DNA of 64,000 nucleotides from Candidatus Velthaea sp. (GCA_965214935.1 CBDCCS010000022.1:739104-803103), one strand, 5' to 3'. Counted from the stretch's first letter, positions 17,648-28,330 are shown. The notes: generated by a model from the sequence alone, not told the origin. A program made the numbers and translations.

Positions 17648-18418
17648 TTACCAGCAAACGAAACCGCCGTCGACGAGCAGATCGATGCCGGTGCAAAACG
17701 ACGAGGCGTCGCTCAGCAGAAAGATCGCCGGCCCGACGAGCTCGTCGACGCTCGCCATCCGCCCCATCGGCGTATCCGCCTCGAATTGTTTGCGCGCGTC
17801 GGCGACTTCGGGCCGCGTGTTCATCGGCGTCGCGGTATAGCCGGGACTTATCGCGTTCACGCGAACGCCGCGAGCACACCATTCCATGGCGAGGCTCTTA
17901 CTAAGCTGTATGACGCCGGCTTTGGATGCGTTGTAATGACCTTGCAACAGACCGCGGTTGACGATCGATCCGGACATCGATGCAATGTTGACGATTGCAC
18001 CGTTTTTCCGCGGCAGCATGACGCGCGCTTCGGCCTGACAAGAGAGAAAAATACCGGTTAGATTTATATCGATTACTTTTTGCCACTGCTCTTGCGACAT
18101 GTCCTCGGCCGGCGCAGCGTTGGCAATACCCGCGCAGTTGACTGCAATTCCGAGCGGACCGAGCCGGCTTTCAACGGCTTCGACGGCGGCGGCAAGATCG
18201 GCACTTTGCGTGACGTCGCCGCCGAGTGACAGCGCATGCCTGCCGGCGGCTTCAATGCGCGACACCGTTTCAGCAATGCCCGGGCTGCTCGCAAGATCGA
18301 AGCAGCCGACATCGGCGCCGGCTTCGGCTAGACCGACCGCGAGGCGCTGGCCGATCCCGCTGCCGGCGCCGGTTACCAGCGCGATCCGATGCTCCAAATC
18401 GAAGAGCTTGAGCGTCAT
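17648..18418 (-). CDS. SDR oxidoreductase, probable polyol dehydrogenase
   Basis: TGAGSGIG, NCAG, YNASK catalytic motif, DGGFVCW end. Confidence 0.9.
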   Translation of the reverse strand: MTLKLFDLEHRIALVTGAGSGIGQRLAVGLAEAGADVGCFDLASSPGIAETVSRIEAAGRHALSLGGDVTQSADLAAAVEAVESRLGPLGIAVNCAGIANAAPAEDMSQEQWQKVIDINLTGIFLSCQAEARVMLPRKNGAIVNIASMSGSIVNRGLLQGHYNASKAGVIQLSKSLAMEWCARGVRVNAISPGYTATPMNTRPEVADARKQFEADTPMGRMASVDELVGPAIFLLSDASSFCTGIDLLVDGGFVCW

Positions 18419-19965
18419 GCCGTTGCAAGCTCCATCACCGCAACGTTGGTGGCGGCGCCGGCAGCAAGAATCCCCATCTGCCGGCCCCGGCTGAGCACCA
18501 TGACCCGATGCGACAACCCGAGCACCTCTTCGAGATCCGAACTCACGACGATCACCGCCATTCCCGCTTGTGACAAACCGGCGATCACTTCGTAGATCGC
18601 CGCTCGCGCACCGATATCGATACCGCGCGTCGGCTCATCGAGAATAAAAACTTTGGGCGAACGCGAAACCCACCGCGCGATCACGACTTTCTGCTGATTG
18701 CCGCCGGACAAATAGCGCATCAATTGCGGCGCCGAACCTTTGACGCCAAGCCGCGCAATGGCCGCCGTCACGAAGGCGCGGATGCGTTTGGGTACGACCC
18801 AGCCGCTCGGTGCGACACGATCGAAATTACCGAGCACGATATTTGCAGCAACGCTTTGATCGAGTAAAATGCCCTGCGCTTTGCGATCCTCGGGCACCAG
18901 CACCAATCCGGCGGCGATCGCGTCGCTCGGACCGGTTACTTTAATTGCTGCGCCGTTCACCCGAATCGTACCGGCGCTCAAGGCGTCTGCACCCGCGATC
19001 GCGCGTACCAACTCCGTTCGCCCGGCGCCCACGATGCCGGCGATGCCGAATACTTCACCCGCTCGCACAGCGAACGAGATCTCCCGGAAAGCACCGGTGG
19101 CCGATGCAAGTCCGTCGACTTCGAGAACGACCTCGTCACTGCTGCGCTGCAGATGGGGAAAGATGCGGTCGACACTCCGGCCGACCATTGCTTCGACGAT
19201 AATATTGACCGGCATTTGCGCGGTCGCGTGCTGCGCCACTAATTTGCCGTCGCGTAAGACCAGAACGCGATCTGCAATGCGGGCGATCTCATCGAGACGA
19301 TGGCTGATGTAAATAAACGAGACGCCCTCGCGGCGCAATTGATCGACCTGGGCGAAGAGCCGTTCGGTCTCGTCACCGCCCAGTGCGGCGGTTGGTTCAT
19401 CGAGAATGAGCAGTCGTGCGTTGAGCGTCAGCGCCTTGGCAATCTCGACTTGCTGTTGCGCCGCGACGCGTAAGGACCGCACGAGTTGCGTCGGCGGCAC
19501 ATTGAGTCCAAGCCGCTTCAATTGTTCGGCGGCGCGCCGATTCATAGCGGCGCGATCGACGCGGCCGCCGCGCATCGGCAGCCGGCCGACGAACACGTTT
19601 TCGGCTATTGACAGGTCCGGCAGTAGCCGCATCTCTTGATGGATCAATCCGATTCCGGCCGCGATTGCGCCACCCGGCGCGGCCGGCGCATAGGGCCGGC
19701 CGCGCCACGTCATCGTACCTTCCGTCGGTGCGAACAGTCCGGCGATCATCGATGAAACCGTCGATTTGCCGGCGCCGTTTTCGCCGAGCAGCGCTACGAC
19801 CTCACCCGGCGCGACATCAAAGCTGATGTTGTCGACGACGCGAATCGGTCCGAACAGCTTGCCGATGCCGCGCAGCGAGAGTCCCATGGCCGGGGCCTCT
19901 GCGCTCGCGGTCGCGGCATCCATCGATGAAGACACGCGCGCTCCCTCGTTAGGGATGTTTGGCAA
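18415..19965 (-). CDS. Sugar ABC transporter ATP-binding protein (RbsA/MglA-like, two NBDs)
   Basis: GENGAGKST, LDEPTAAL, LSGGNQQKV, DEPTRGIDIGA; start uncertain. Confidence 0.95.
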   Translation of the reverse strand: MPNIPNEGARVSSSMDAATASAEAPAMGLSLRGIGKLFGPIRVVDNISFDVAPGEVVALLGENGAGKSTVSSMIAGLFAPTEGTMTWRGRPYAPAAPGGAIAAGIGLIHQEMRLLPDLSIAENVFVGRLPMRGGRVDRAAMNRRAAEQLKRLGLNVPPTQLVRSLRVAAQQQVEIAKALTLNARLLILDEPTAALGGDETERLFAQVDQLRREGVSFIYISHRLDEIARIADRVLVLRDGKLVAQHATAQMPVNIIVEAMVGRSVDRIFPHLQRSSDEVVLEVDGLASATGAFREISFAVRAGEVFGIAGIVGAGRTELVRAIAGADALSAGTIRVNGAAIKVTGPSDAIAAGLVLVPEDRKAQGILLDQSVAANIVLGNFDRVAPSGWVVPKRIRAFVTAAIARLGVKGSAPQLMRYLSGGNQQKVVIARWVSRSPKVFILDEPTRGIDIGARAAIYEVIAGLSQAGMAVIVVSSDLEEVLGLSHRVMVLSRGRQMGILAAGAATNVAVMELATA

Positions 19966-20887
19966 TGTATTGGTCGACGTTGTCTTTGGTCGTAAGCATC
20001 GCTTTTTGCAATTGCTCTTTGGGCACCATTTGGTGATTCATGAGTTTCATCGCCGAATCGAGCGCAAGCCGGCCCATGAACTGCGTTTGCTGCGTCATCG
20101 TCGCGTCGACCGATCCGGCCTTGACGGCCTTGAGTCCGGCCACATCACCGTCAAAGCCGACGATGAGCACCTTGTGATCTAAGTTGGCAACCTTGACGGC
20201 TTGCGCGGCACCGAGCGCCATTGCATCGGCATGACCGAAAAAAACATTGATCGTGCTGTCGCGCTGCAGCATATCTTGGGCAACGGCGAAACCCTTGTCT
20301 TGGGCCCAATCGGCGGTTTGCGTCGCGACGATTTTGAGCCCGGGATTTTTGTCGAGCGCTTGTTGGAAGCCCTTGGTGCGATCGATCTCGGGCGTGGTAC
20401 CGAGTTGACCTTGCAACGCGCCGATTTTGGCTTTGCCCGCCGTTGTCTTTGCAACGTAATCGCCGAGCGTGCGGGCTGCCGCAACGCTATCGCTGGCGAT
20501 GAAGGTGTCGCCCGGTGCGTCCGGCGCATTGCGATCGACGGCGATCACCGGTATATGCGCCGCACGTGCAGCACGAACCGGCACGCCTGCAGCCGTCGCG
20601 CCGGCCGGAATGTAAATGAGCGCCGTAATACCGCGCGTAATGAGATCCTGAATTTGACTCACCTGCGTCGCGGCATCGCCCTTGGCATCGACGGTGACGA
20701 CGTCAACGCCCTTGGCCTGACCTTCGGCTTCGACAGACTGCTTGATTTCATTGAAGAAGTCGGCTTGTAAATTAGCGACCGCGAGACCGACGACGGGTTT
20801 TTTGGTCTGCGCCCAAGCACTCGACGTTGTACCGGAAAGCATCGTCAAGGCAAGTAGCGTTGCGGCAGCACTCTGAACTCTATGCAT
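19949..20887 (-). CDS. Sugar/polyol ABC transporter substrate-binding protein (RbsB-like)
   Basis: Signal peptide ending AWA; periplasmic binding protein motifs IPVIAVDR, IVGFDG; AAGGAG RBS. Confidence 0.93.
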   Translation of the reverse strand: MHRVQSAAATLLALTMLSGTTSSAWAQTKKPVVGLAVANLQADFFNEIKQSVEAEGQAKGVDVVTVDAKGDAATQVSQIQDLITRGITALIYIPAGATAAGVPVRAARAAHIPVIAVDRNAPDAPGDTFIASDSVAAARTLGDYVAKTTAGKAKIGALQGQLGTTPEIDRTKGFQQALDKNPGLKIVATQTADWAQDKGFAVAQDMLQRDSTINVFFGHADAMALGAAQAVKVANLDHKVLIVGFDGDVAGLKAVKAGSVDATMTQQTQFMGRLALDSAMKLMNHQMVPKEQLQKAMLTTKDNVDQYIAKHP

Positions 20888-20922
20888 GGAATCTCCTTGT
20901 AGTAGCGATGGTGATGCGTTGG

Positions 20923-21936
20923 TTACCGTTCGCGCCGGCGTAAGCTGTCGAATGCGACAGCGATCGCGATGACGAGGCCGACGATAATTTGTTGAATGAA
21001 TGGCGAGACGCCGACAAGATTGAGGCCGTTGTGCAGCACGCCGATAATCAGAACGCCGACGACCGTACCGCCGATTCCGCCGATCCCGCCGCTCAGACTC
21101 GCGCCGCCGATTACGACCGCGGCGATTGCGTCGAGTTCGTAGCCGAGCCCGGCGCTCGGTTGCGATGAGTCGAGGCGCGCGGCAAACACAACGCCGGCGA
21201 TGCCCGATAGTGCACCGGCGACGACGTACACCGCCGTCGTTAGGCTGTTGACGCGGATGCCGGCCAGTCGCGCGACTTCGCGGCTACCGCCGATTGCATA
21301 TAGATTGCGGCCGACGGCGCGATACTGCAAAATAACCCAGCTAATGAGTCCGATTATAATAAATAGCGCGACCGTTACGGACAAAAAGCCGAGATGGCGC
21401 TGCGTCGAGAGCGCCGTGAACCAGTCCGGATAACCGACGATCTGTTCGCCGTTGGTGATGATATTGGCCAAACCGCGCGCAATCGTCATGGTCGCGAGCG
21501 TCGCAATGAACGGCGGTAATTTTGCACGAGTGACGAGCAGCCCGTTCGCTAAACCGCATAAACCGCCGACGATCACGGCGATGCCCATCGAGAGCGGGAA
21601 GGGCAGGCCTTTGTCATTGGCAAGCCAGCCCATGACCATCATCGATAGCGCAAGCGTCGATCCGACCGAAAGATCGATACCGCCGATGATGATGACCGCG
21701 GTCATGCCCACGGCCATTATCCCGAGCACGGTCACCTGATCGATGACGTTAAGCCCGTTACGCAGTGATAAGAAGTACGGACTGAGCGAGGTAAAGACGA
21801 CGCACAGCAGCACGAGGCCGATGAGCGGACCCTGCGTGCCGCTGAGAACGCGCAGCCAGGCGGCACCAGGCCGAGCGGAGGAACCTTCTACCGCCGGGGC
21901 CGTGCTTGTTGCCATCGTTGCCTGCTCCTCTATCAT
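20923..21936 (-). CDS. Sugar ABC transporter permease (RbsC-like)
   Basis: GGIDLSVGS, PPFIATL, YELDAIAAVVIGGASLSGG. Confidence 0.95.
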   Translation of the reverse strand: MIEEQATMATSTAPAVEGSSARPGAAWLRVLSGTQGPLIGLVLLCVVFTSLSPYFLSLRNGLNVIDQVTVLGIMAVGMTAVIIIGGIDLSVGSTLALSMMVMGWLANDKGLPFPLSMGIAVIVGGLCGLANGLLVTRAKLPPFIATLATMTIARGLANIITNGEQIVGYPDWFTALSTQRHLGFLSVTVALFIIIGLISWVILQYRAVGRNLYAIGGSREVARLAGIRVNSLTTAVYVVAGALSGIAGVVFAARLDSSQPSAGLGYELDAIAAVVIGGASLSGGIGGIGGTVVGVLIIGVLHNGLNLVGVSPFIQQIIVGLVIAIAVAFDSLRRRER

Positions 21937-21948
21937 CGGTATGAAACG

Positions 21949-23451
21949 TTAAGCGAACGCGGAAGCAACGGATGCGGCCGCTTGAGGCGGACGGAAACGC
22001 GCCCGTGAGATCGCTGCTTGCCAACCGGCACGCAACTGCCGTCGCGAATGCTCGTCGGCGGTCGGCTCAAAAACATCGCGGCGGCGCGGTAACGCGCGCA
22101 GGTCGGCCCACGACCAGACACCGGCGGCGTAGCCGGCGAGATGCGCGGCGCCCAGCGCCGATAACTCCGTCGCCTCTGCGCGATAGACGGGATGACCCGC
22201 GATGTCGGCTTGCAATTGCATGAGCATGTCGTTGCGCGCCGGGCCGCCGTCGGCAAATAAGCGTCGCGTTGCACTTACTTCGGCATCGAAAGCGTCGGCG
22301 ACATCGGCAACTTGATGCACGACCGATTCAACGGCGGCTCGCGCGAGTTCCGCGCGACCGCTTTTCTGCGTCAAGCCGGTCAAGAGTCCGCCGGCCTCGC
22401 GATCCCAGTACGGCGCACCGAGGCCGCTGAACGCCGGCACGAGCGCAACGCCGTCGCTGTCGGCAGTTGCCGCAAGATCGACGAGTTCGCCCGGTGTGAT
22501 TGCCAATATGTCGGCCAGCCAGCGCAACGCGGCACCGGTCGCGCGGATGTTGCCCTCGGCTGCGTGAAAGATCGCATCCGTCTGCCACGCAACGGTCAAG
22601 CACAATCCAGGACCCACGGGCTTGGGCGCCTCCAGCAAGCCCATCACTGACGAGCCGGTACCATAGGTAACTTTGAGCGAGCCCGCCTCGAATGCGCCGT
22701 GCGCGAAGAGTGCGGCATGCGAATCGGCCATGACGCCGCACAAACGCGCGCTCTTCGGTAAACACGGCAACGCGGTAAGCTGCGGAAAGGGACCGATCGA
22801 CGGTATAATTTCGGGCAGTGTCGCGCGCGGAATCGCAAATAGCGCGAGCAATCCGTCATCCCACTGCAGGCGCGCCGTATCGAGCAGTTGCGTCCGCGAA
22901 GCATTACCGGCTTCGATGAGATGCGCGCCGGTGAGCCGAAACATCAGCCACGAGTCGACCGTGCCGAAGCAGAGGCGTCCCGCGCGTGCGTCATCACGCT
23001 GCGGATCGACGAGGTCGAGCAGCCACGACATCTTTGCAGCCGAAAACATCGGATCGAGCGGCAAGCCGGTCACGGTTCGAACGCGTGTTTCAACGTCGGC
23101 ACTGCGCAGCGCATCGCAAAGCGCTGCCGTACGCTGGTCTTGCCAGCTCACGAGCGGAGCGACCGGCTCACCCGACGCGCGTTCCCAGACGACGACGGAC
23201 TCGCGCTGCGAACTTAAACCGACGGCAGCGATGCGCCCGGCATCGACCTGCGCGACGCACGCATCTACCGCGGCAACGACGCTGCGCCAAAGTTCGCTTG
23301 CCGATTGTTCGACCCAGCCCGCGCGCGGATGTGACTCGCCCAGCGGCACCGCGGCGCGCGCGACGATTGCACCGCCGGCATCGACGAGCAGACACTTCGT
23401 CGCACTCGTACCTTGATCGATGGCAAGCACGAGCGAACGTCCGGCGTTCAA
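21949..23451 (-). CDS. FGGY-family carbohydrate kinase (glycerol/apulose kinase-like)
   Basis: LAIDQGTSATK, QRESVVVW, NASRTQL, TYGTGS, FSGLGAPYW. Confidence 0.92.
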   Translation of the reverse strand: MNAGRSLVLAIDQGTSATKCLLVDAGGAIVARAAVPLGESHPRAGWVEQSASELWRSVVAAVDACVAQVDAGRIAAVGLSSQRESVVVWERASGEPVAPLVSWQDQRTAALCDALRSADVETRVRTVTGLPLDPMFSAAKMSWLLDLVDPQRDDARAGRLCFGTVDSWLMFRLTGAHLIEAGNASRTQLLDTARLQWDDGLLALFAIPRATLPEIIPSIGPFPQLTALPCLPKSARLCGVMADSHAALFAHGAFEAGSLKVTYGTGSSVMGLLEAPKPVGPGLCLTVAWQTDAIFHAAEGNIRATGAALRWLADILAITPGELVDLAATADSDGVALVPAFSGLGAPYWDREAGGLLTGLTQKSGRAELARAAVESVVHQVADVADAFDAEVSATRRLFADGGPARNDMLMQLQADIAGHPVYRAEATELSALGAAHLAGYAAGVWSWADLRALPRRRDVFEPTADEHSRRQLRAGWQAAISRARFRPPQAAASVASAFA

Positions 23452-24395
23452 GCAAAAAGCTCGCGCGCCGCGCGCGCGATTCCGGCTGGATCGAGTCCAA
23501 AATACTCGTAGAGAAACTCCGCGCTGCCGGTCGGTGCGAAGCCCGACACGCCGAGCATTCGCATCGGAACCGGCCGAACGCGTACGACGATCTCGGCGAC
23601 GGCGGCGCCTAATCCGCCCGTCGTGCGGGCTTCTTCAATCGTGACGATGCGCCGCGTTTCGGTCGCCGCCGTAACGATCGCCGCCTCATCGAGCGGAACG
23701 ATCGACGACACGTTGATCACCCGCGCAGATATTTTCCGGGCGGCTAACAGCTCGGCGGCGGCCAGCGCGCGCGAAACCATAACGCCGGTCGCGATAAGCG
23801 TAACGTCGGTTCCGTCGCGCAACACATCGGCGCGCCCGATCTCGAACGGACGATCGGGCGGCGTAACCGCCGGCACTTTCACCCGGCCCACCCGGATATA
23901 TGCCGGAGCGCTTGCCGACGCGGCCCAGCGCAACGCTTCGCGCGTTTGCTGCGGATCCGCCGGCACGACGACGAAGAGATCGGCGATCGCCCGCAGCCAT
24001 GAGAGATCTTCGATCGAGTGATGCGTCGGCCCGAGCTCGCCGTACGCCATTCCCGGACTCATGCCGCACAGTACGACGTGATAGCCGTTATACGCGATGT
24101 CGACTTTGATTTGTTCGAGCGCGCGGCCGGTGAGAAATGGTCCGGCCGCGCAGACAAACGGAATGTAGCCGCCGTTGGCAAGACCGGCGGCGACGCCGAC
24201 CATGTTTTGCTCGGCAATCCCGACGTTGATCGTTCGGCGTGGAAATTCAGCGGCGAACGCCGTTAAATTGCTCGATCCGACCGAGTCGTTGCAGACCGCG
24301 ACGATTCGCGCATCGGCGCGTGCTAATGCGGCGAGTTCCGTTGCGAAGGCTTGACGGCAGTCGAACGTTTCAACCGACTCCAGCGTCGTCTTCAC
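23448..24395 (-). CDS. Transketolase, C-terminal subunit
   Basis: NVGIAEQNMVGVAAGLA, GPTHHSIED; GTGA overlap with upstream gene at 24392-24395. Confidence 0.92.
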   Translation of the reverse strand: MKTTLESVETFDCRQAFATELAALARADARIVAVCNDSVGSSNLTAFAAEFPRRTINVGIAEQNMVGVAAGLANGGYIPFVCAAGPFLTGRALEQIKVDIAYNGYHVVLCGMSPGMAYGELGPTHHSIEDLSWLRAIADLFVVVPADPQQTREALRWAASASAPAYIRVGRVKVPAVTPPDRPFEIGRADVLRDGTDVTLIATGVMVSRALAAAELLAARKISARVINVSSIVPLDEAAIVTAATETRRIVTIEEARTTGGLGAAVAEIVVRVRPVPMRMLGVSGFAPTGSAEFLYEYFGLDPAGIARAARELFA

Positions 24396-25255
24396 GCGAG
24401 CTCCGCCAGCGCCGCTGCAAGTTGCGCCGGCGACGGCACTTTGTGATGCCACTCGACGCCGTCCTCCATGAATGAGACACCGCGACCTTTGTGCGTGTTG
24501 GCGATGATGCAACGCGGGTTCGTGGCTGGCGGCGCGGTGAGCGCGTCGTACAACGCGTCGTAATCGTGTCCGTCAATTTCGCAGACATCCCAGCCGAATG
24601 CGGCCCATTTTGCCGGCAACGGATCGAGCGCGTTCGTATCTTCGGTTTTCGCGCCTTGCTGTAAGCGGTTCCGATCGACGATCGCGGTGAGGTTCGAGAG
24701 CTTGCGATGCGCGGCCGCCATCGCAGCTTCCCAGTTACTGCCTTCCTGTAATTCGCCGTCACCGAGCACGACGAACGTGCGCCATGCTGCATCGTTCAAA
24801 CGCGCGGCGATCGCGCATCCGACGGCAACCGGCAGACCGTGACCCAGCGGTCCGGTATTCGACTCGACGCCCGGTACTTTACGCCGGTTCGGATGACCGT
24901 TGAGCGCCGACCGCGGGGCGGCAAACGTTGCAAGTGTCGATTCGTCGATGAAACCTGCCCGAGCGAGGACGGAATACAACGCTACGGAGCAATGGCCCTT
25001 ACTCAAAATAAATCGATCGCGCTCGGGCCAGGCCGGATCGGCCGCATCGTAGCGCAGCACGCTGAAGAATAACGTGGTGAGGATATCGGTGACCGATAAA
25101 TCGCCGCCGACATGGCCCAGCTTTGCCGCGCCGATCGTCGTGAGGATCGAGCGCCGAATGACGGCCGCCGCCTGCGCGAGGCGCATGCGGCGCTCGGCGG
25201 GCCCGGCATCGGTAGACGGAGTCATCGAGCGCGAACGATCGTTTGAGACAGCCAA
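24392..25255 (-). CDS. Transketolase, N-terminal (ThDP-binding) subunit
   Basis: GHVGGDLS, DRFILSKGH, GPLGHGL, GDGELQEGSNWEA. Confidence 0.93.
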   Translation of the reverse strand: MAVSNDRSRSMTPSTDAGPAERRMRLAQAAAVIRRSILTTIGAAKLGHVGGDLSVTDILTTLFFSVLRYDAADPAWPERDRFILSKGHCSVALYSVLARAGFIDESTLATFAAPRSALNGHPNRRKVPGVESNTGPLGHGLPVAVGCAIAARLNDAAWRTFVVLGDGELQEGSNWEAAMAAAHRKLSNLTAIVDRNRLQQGAKTEDTNALDPLPAKWAAFGWDVCEIDGHDYDALYDALTAPPATNPRCIIANTHKGRGVSFMEDGVEWHHKVPSPAQLAAALAELA

Positions 25256-25490
25256 ATCTCACCCTTGCTTGAATAAATATTCTACCGTGCGATTCTATTC
25301 GTGGCTGCACTGTACCAAGAAGGTCCAGGTCTGTCAATGATTGCTCGGCGATCCGCCTATCGGGCGCAGATTCGTTCTGAGAATGCTGCGCGCACCGTAC
25401 ATCGGACGTACTTGGACGATTGCAGCGCTAGCGTGCGTGCAGGCGAAAGCAGCGTACTCAACTGTCGTGCTTCTACGATTGCGAGCCGCC

Positions 25491-26741
25491 ATGCAGCCTG
25501 ACGACCTTATTGCACTCGAAGAATTAAAGTCGACGTTTCTCGACGGACGCATCGACCGTGAATCGTTCTTACAGCAGTCAGCCGGCTTGAATGCAACGGG
25601 TGCAGCGTATGATTGGCTAAACGAGAGCGATCCGGCGCGAGCGCTCGATACAACGGTGAGCTCGATTGAAAGTGCTCGCTGGAGCAGCCTCGCACGTGAA
25701 GGCGCGACGCTGCAGCCGTACTCGTTCGAACCGAAACCGGAGCAGTTCGCCTGGACGTTCGGCGGCTGTCCCGCGATATCGACGATCGTGCCGGGACAGC
25801 TTGTGAGATTGTGGAGCGAAGATGCGTTCGGCGGAAAAATTCGTTCGATTCACGACCTGCCGTCACGCGTACTGGACGCCCCATTTTTAAATCCGCAGAC
25901 CGGACCGTTCTTCGTTGAGGGCGCACAGCCCGGCGACACGCTGGCGATTCACTTCATCGATGTCGCTCCGGCGCGCGACTGGGCGGCAAGTACGACAATC
26001 CCGCTCTTCGGCGGCTTAACGGCGACCGGCTTCACCCAACTGCTCAACCCGGCGTTGCCGGAGCGCGTGTGGATGTATCATGTTAATCGCGGCAACGCAA
26101 CGGTGATGTTTCGCGCGCTCGACTCGGACTTCGCCGTCGAGATACCGGTCGAACCGATGCTTGGAACCGTCGGCGTTGCGCCCAAAGCGCTCGAGGTGCG
26201 CAGCGCGCTGGTGCCCGATGCGTTCGGCGGTAATATGGATTCGCCCGAGGTGAAAGCCGGTACGACTGTTTTTCTCGGCGTCAATGTCGACGGCGCGCTC
26301 TTTAGCATCGGGGACGGTCACTACGCGCAGTCCGAAGGCGAAACGTGCGGCGTCGCCGTCGAGGGCGCCATGTGGACGACATGCGTGGTCGACGTCATCA
26401 AGGGCAGCTACGTCGAATGGCCGCGGTTCGAGAGCGACGAGTTTCTAATGGTCGCGGGCAGCGTTCGGCCGCTCGAAGATGCGTATCGCATCGCATTCAC
26501 GCAATTAGTCCGCTGGCTCGCAGCGGAGTTCGGTCTATCGACGATGGATGCATATCAACTTGTCTCGCAAGTCGCCAAAACGCAAGTTGCGAACGTCGTC
26601 GATACGAACTATACGATGGTGGCGAAATTTCCCAAGCGATACTTACCGCGTTCCCGTCAAGCGATGGGTGGCGTGCATGCAAAGCTACGGCGCATTGCAG
26701 CGAATTTCGGCTCCTCGGCACGTGCGGCGGGCAACGCTTGA
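25491..26741 (+). CDS. Acetamidase/formamidase family protein
   Basis: NPQTGPFFVEGAQPGDTL, GGNMD, GDGHYAQSEGE; start chosen at ATG 25491. Confidence 0.9.
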   Translation: MQPDDLIALEELKSTFLDGRIDRESFLQQSAGLNATGAAYDWLNESDPARALDTTVSSIESARWSSLAREGATLQPYSFEPKPEQFAWTFGGCPAISTIVPGQLVRLWSEDAFGGKIRSIHDLPSRVLDAPFLNPQTGPFFVEGAQPGDTLAIHFIDVAPARDWAASTTIPLFGGLTATGFTQLLNPALPERVWMYHVNRGNATVMFRALDSDFAVEIPVEPMLGTVGVAPKALEVRSALVPDAFGGNMDSPEVKAGTTVFLGVNVDGALFSIGDGHYAQSEGETCGVAVEGAMWTTCVVDVIKGSYVEWPRFESDEFLMVAGSVRPLEDAYRIAFTQLVRWLAAEFGLSTMDAYQLVSQVAKTQVANVVDTNYTMVAKFPKRYLPRSRQAMGGVHAKLRRIAANFGSSARAAGNA

Positions 26742-26935
26742 CTTCGGCGCACAAACGGTCGTTGCAGCATGAACGCGCACACGCTGCTAGTGAAGCGCGC
26801 GAATGAACGTGTAGGCGGCGATGACGACTGCGATGACGGCATAGCATCGGAACGCGACGAGGAGCAGGAGGACGGGCCGGCTCAACTTCGCCCGGCCGAA
26901 CGAGCCGCGCCGCTCGTTCGATGGCCGCCAAACGC

Positions 26936-28330
26936 TCACGGCGCCGTCAATTGCGGGAACGCCGTTATGAGTCCATACAACGCGCCGAAGGCGGCGACGA
27001 GTACGATCACCGTTACGCCCGCGACGTTCGCGAGCCGGCCGTTGACGAGGTCGCCGGCGACTTCACGATCGTTGATGAGCAAAAGTAGAAACAGCAGCGC
27101 GGGCGGCATCAACAGCGTCGCGATGACATTGACGGTGAGCGTAATGGCCAATAAGGGTGCATTCGGAATCAACACGACGGCGCCGGCAACAATCATCGAG
27201 AGCAAACCGGTGAAGTAAAACAGCCGCGCGTCGGACATTTTTCGATTGAGACTCGCACCGCGCGGCGACAGATCCCCGACGGCATACGCGGAGCTGGTGG
27301 AAATCGTCATCACGGCGATCAAGCCGGCTTCAATGAGACCGAGTGCAAACAGCGATGCCCCGGCATGTCCGAGATACGGTGCAAGAGCGGTGGCAAAATC
27401 CGCGCCGCTGGTAAGCTTCGCCGGATCGACGTGATGGGTGAAAAGCGGCGACGCGGCGACGACCGTCGCAATAGCGACGATTGCTGCAACGATTGCTCCA
27501 AGTGCCGTATCCATGCGCGCTTGCGGCAAATCAGCGCGCGTCAAACCCTTATCGACCACTGCGCTCTGCTGGAAAAAAATCATCCACGGGGTGACCGTCG
27601 CGCCGATATTCGCCATGCACAACGTTAGGAGCATTAGCGGATGACCGTTGATCGGCGGCGCGCCGAGCGCACCGAGCGAACCAATAACGGCACTCGGATC
27701 GGCGTGCGCGAAGAACGCTGCCGGAATGAAGATCCCGTTGCCGAGCGCGAGACCGAGGACGACGCGTTCCCATAAGCGGTAGCGCCCGAGAGTCAGCGCC
27801 GCAACAACGACGGCAAACGTAGCGCCGACCGCCACGATCGGAGCGATGCCGAAGAAGCGCGCGCCGGCGCAAATCGCGATAAACTCCGTTACCAGCGTCA
27901 GGGCGTTGCCGACGATCAAGTCACCGAGCGCGAAGCGGCCCCAGAAAGAACCGTAGCGCTGAAAAATCAGCCGTGCATGACCGTGATTCGTCGCGATGGC
28001 GAGCCTGGCAGTCAGTTCCTGAACGACGAAAGCCATCGCGAACGTGATCAAAATGAACGGAATGAAGAAGCCGATACCGTAACTGGCGCCGGTCGTCGCA
28101 TAACTGAGCATGCTCGGGCCGTCGTTCTCGGCGAGCATAACGATGAGTCCCGGACCGACCAGGCAGAAGAACAGCGAGATCCAGCGCCGTTCCGCCCGAG
28201 CGCGGTTCACGGCGAGCCGGTCGAGGCCGCGTTTGAGATCCTCGGCCGCCGGGACGGAATCGTCCCACTCGGGCGCCGGCCCCAGCGCCGATCGTTGAAT
28301 ACGGCGGACGAGTAACGCTAACGGACTCAC
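26936..28330 (-). CDS. NRAMP-related divalent metal cation transporter
   Basis: GPGLIVMLAENDGPS (variant TM1), VQELTARL, IGATVTPWMIFFQQSAVVDKG; about 11 TMs. Confidence 0.88.
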   Translation of the reverse strand: MSPLALLVRRIQRSALGPAPEWDDSVPAAEDLKRGLDRLAVNRARAERRWISLFFCLVGPGLIVMLAENDGPSMLSYATTGASYGIGFFIPFILITFAMAFVVQELTARLAIATNHGHARLIFQRYGSFWGRFALGDLIVGNALTLVTEFIAICAGARFFGIAPIVAVGATFAVVVAALTLGRYRLWERVVLGLALGNGIFIPAAFFAHADPSAVIGSLGALGAPPINGHPLMLLTLCMANIGATVTPWMIFFQQSAVVDKGLTRADLPQARMDTALGAIVAAIVAIATVVAASPLFTHHVDPAKLTSGADFATALAPYLGHAGASLFALGLIEAGLIAVMTISTSSAYAVGDLSPRGASLNRKMSDARLFYFTGLLSMIVAGAVVLIPNAPLLAITLTVNVIATLLMPPALLFLLLLINDREVAGDLVNGRLANVAGVTVIVLVAAFGALYGLITAFPQLTAP

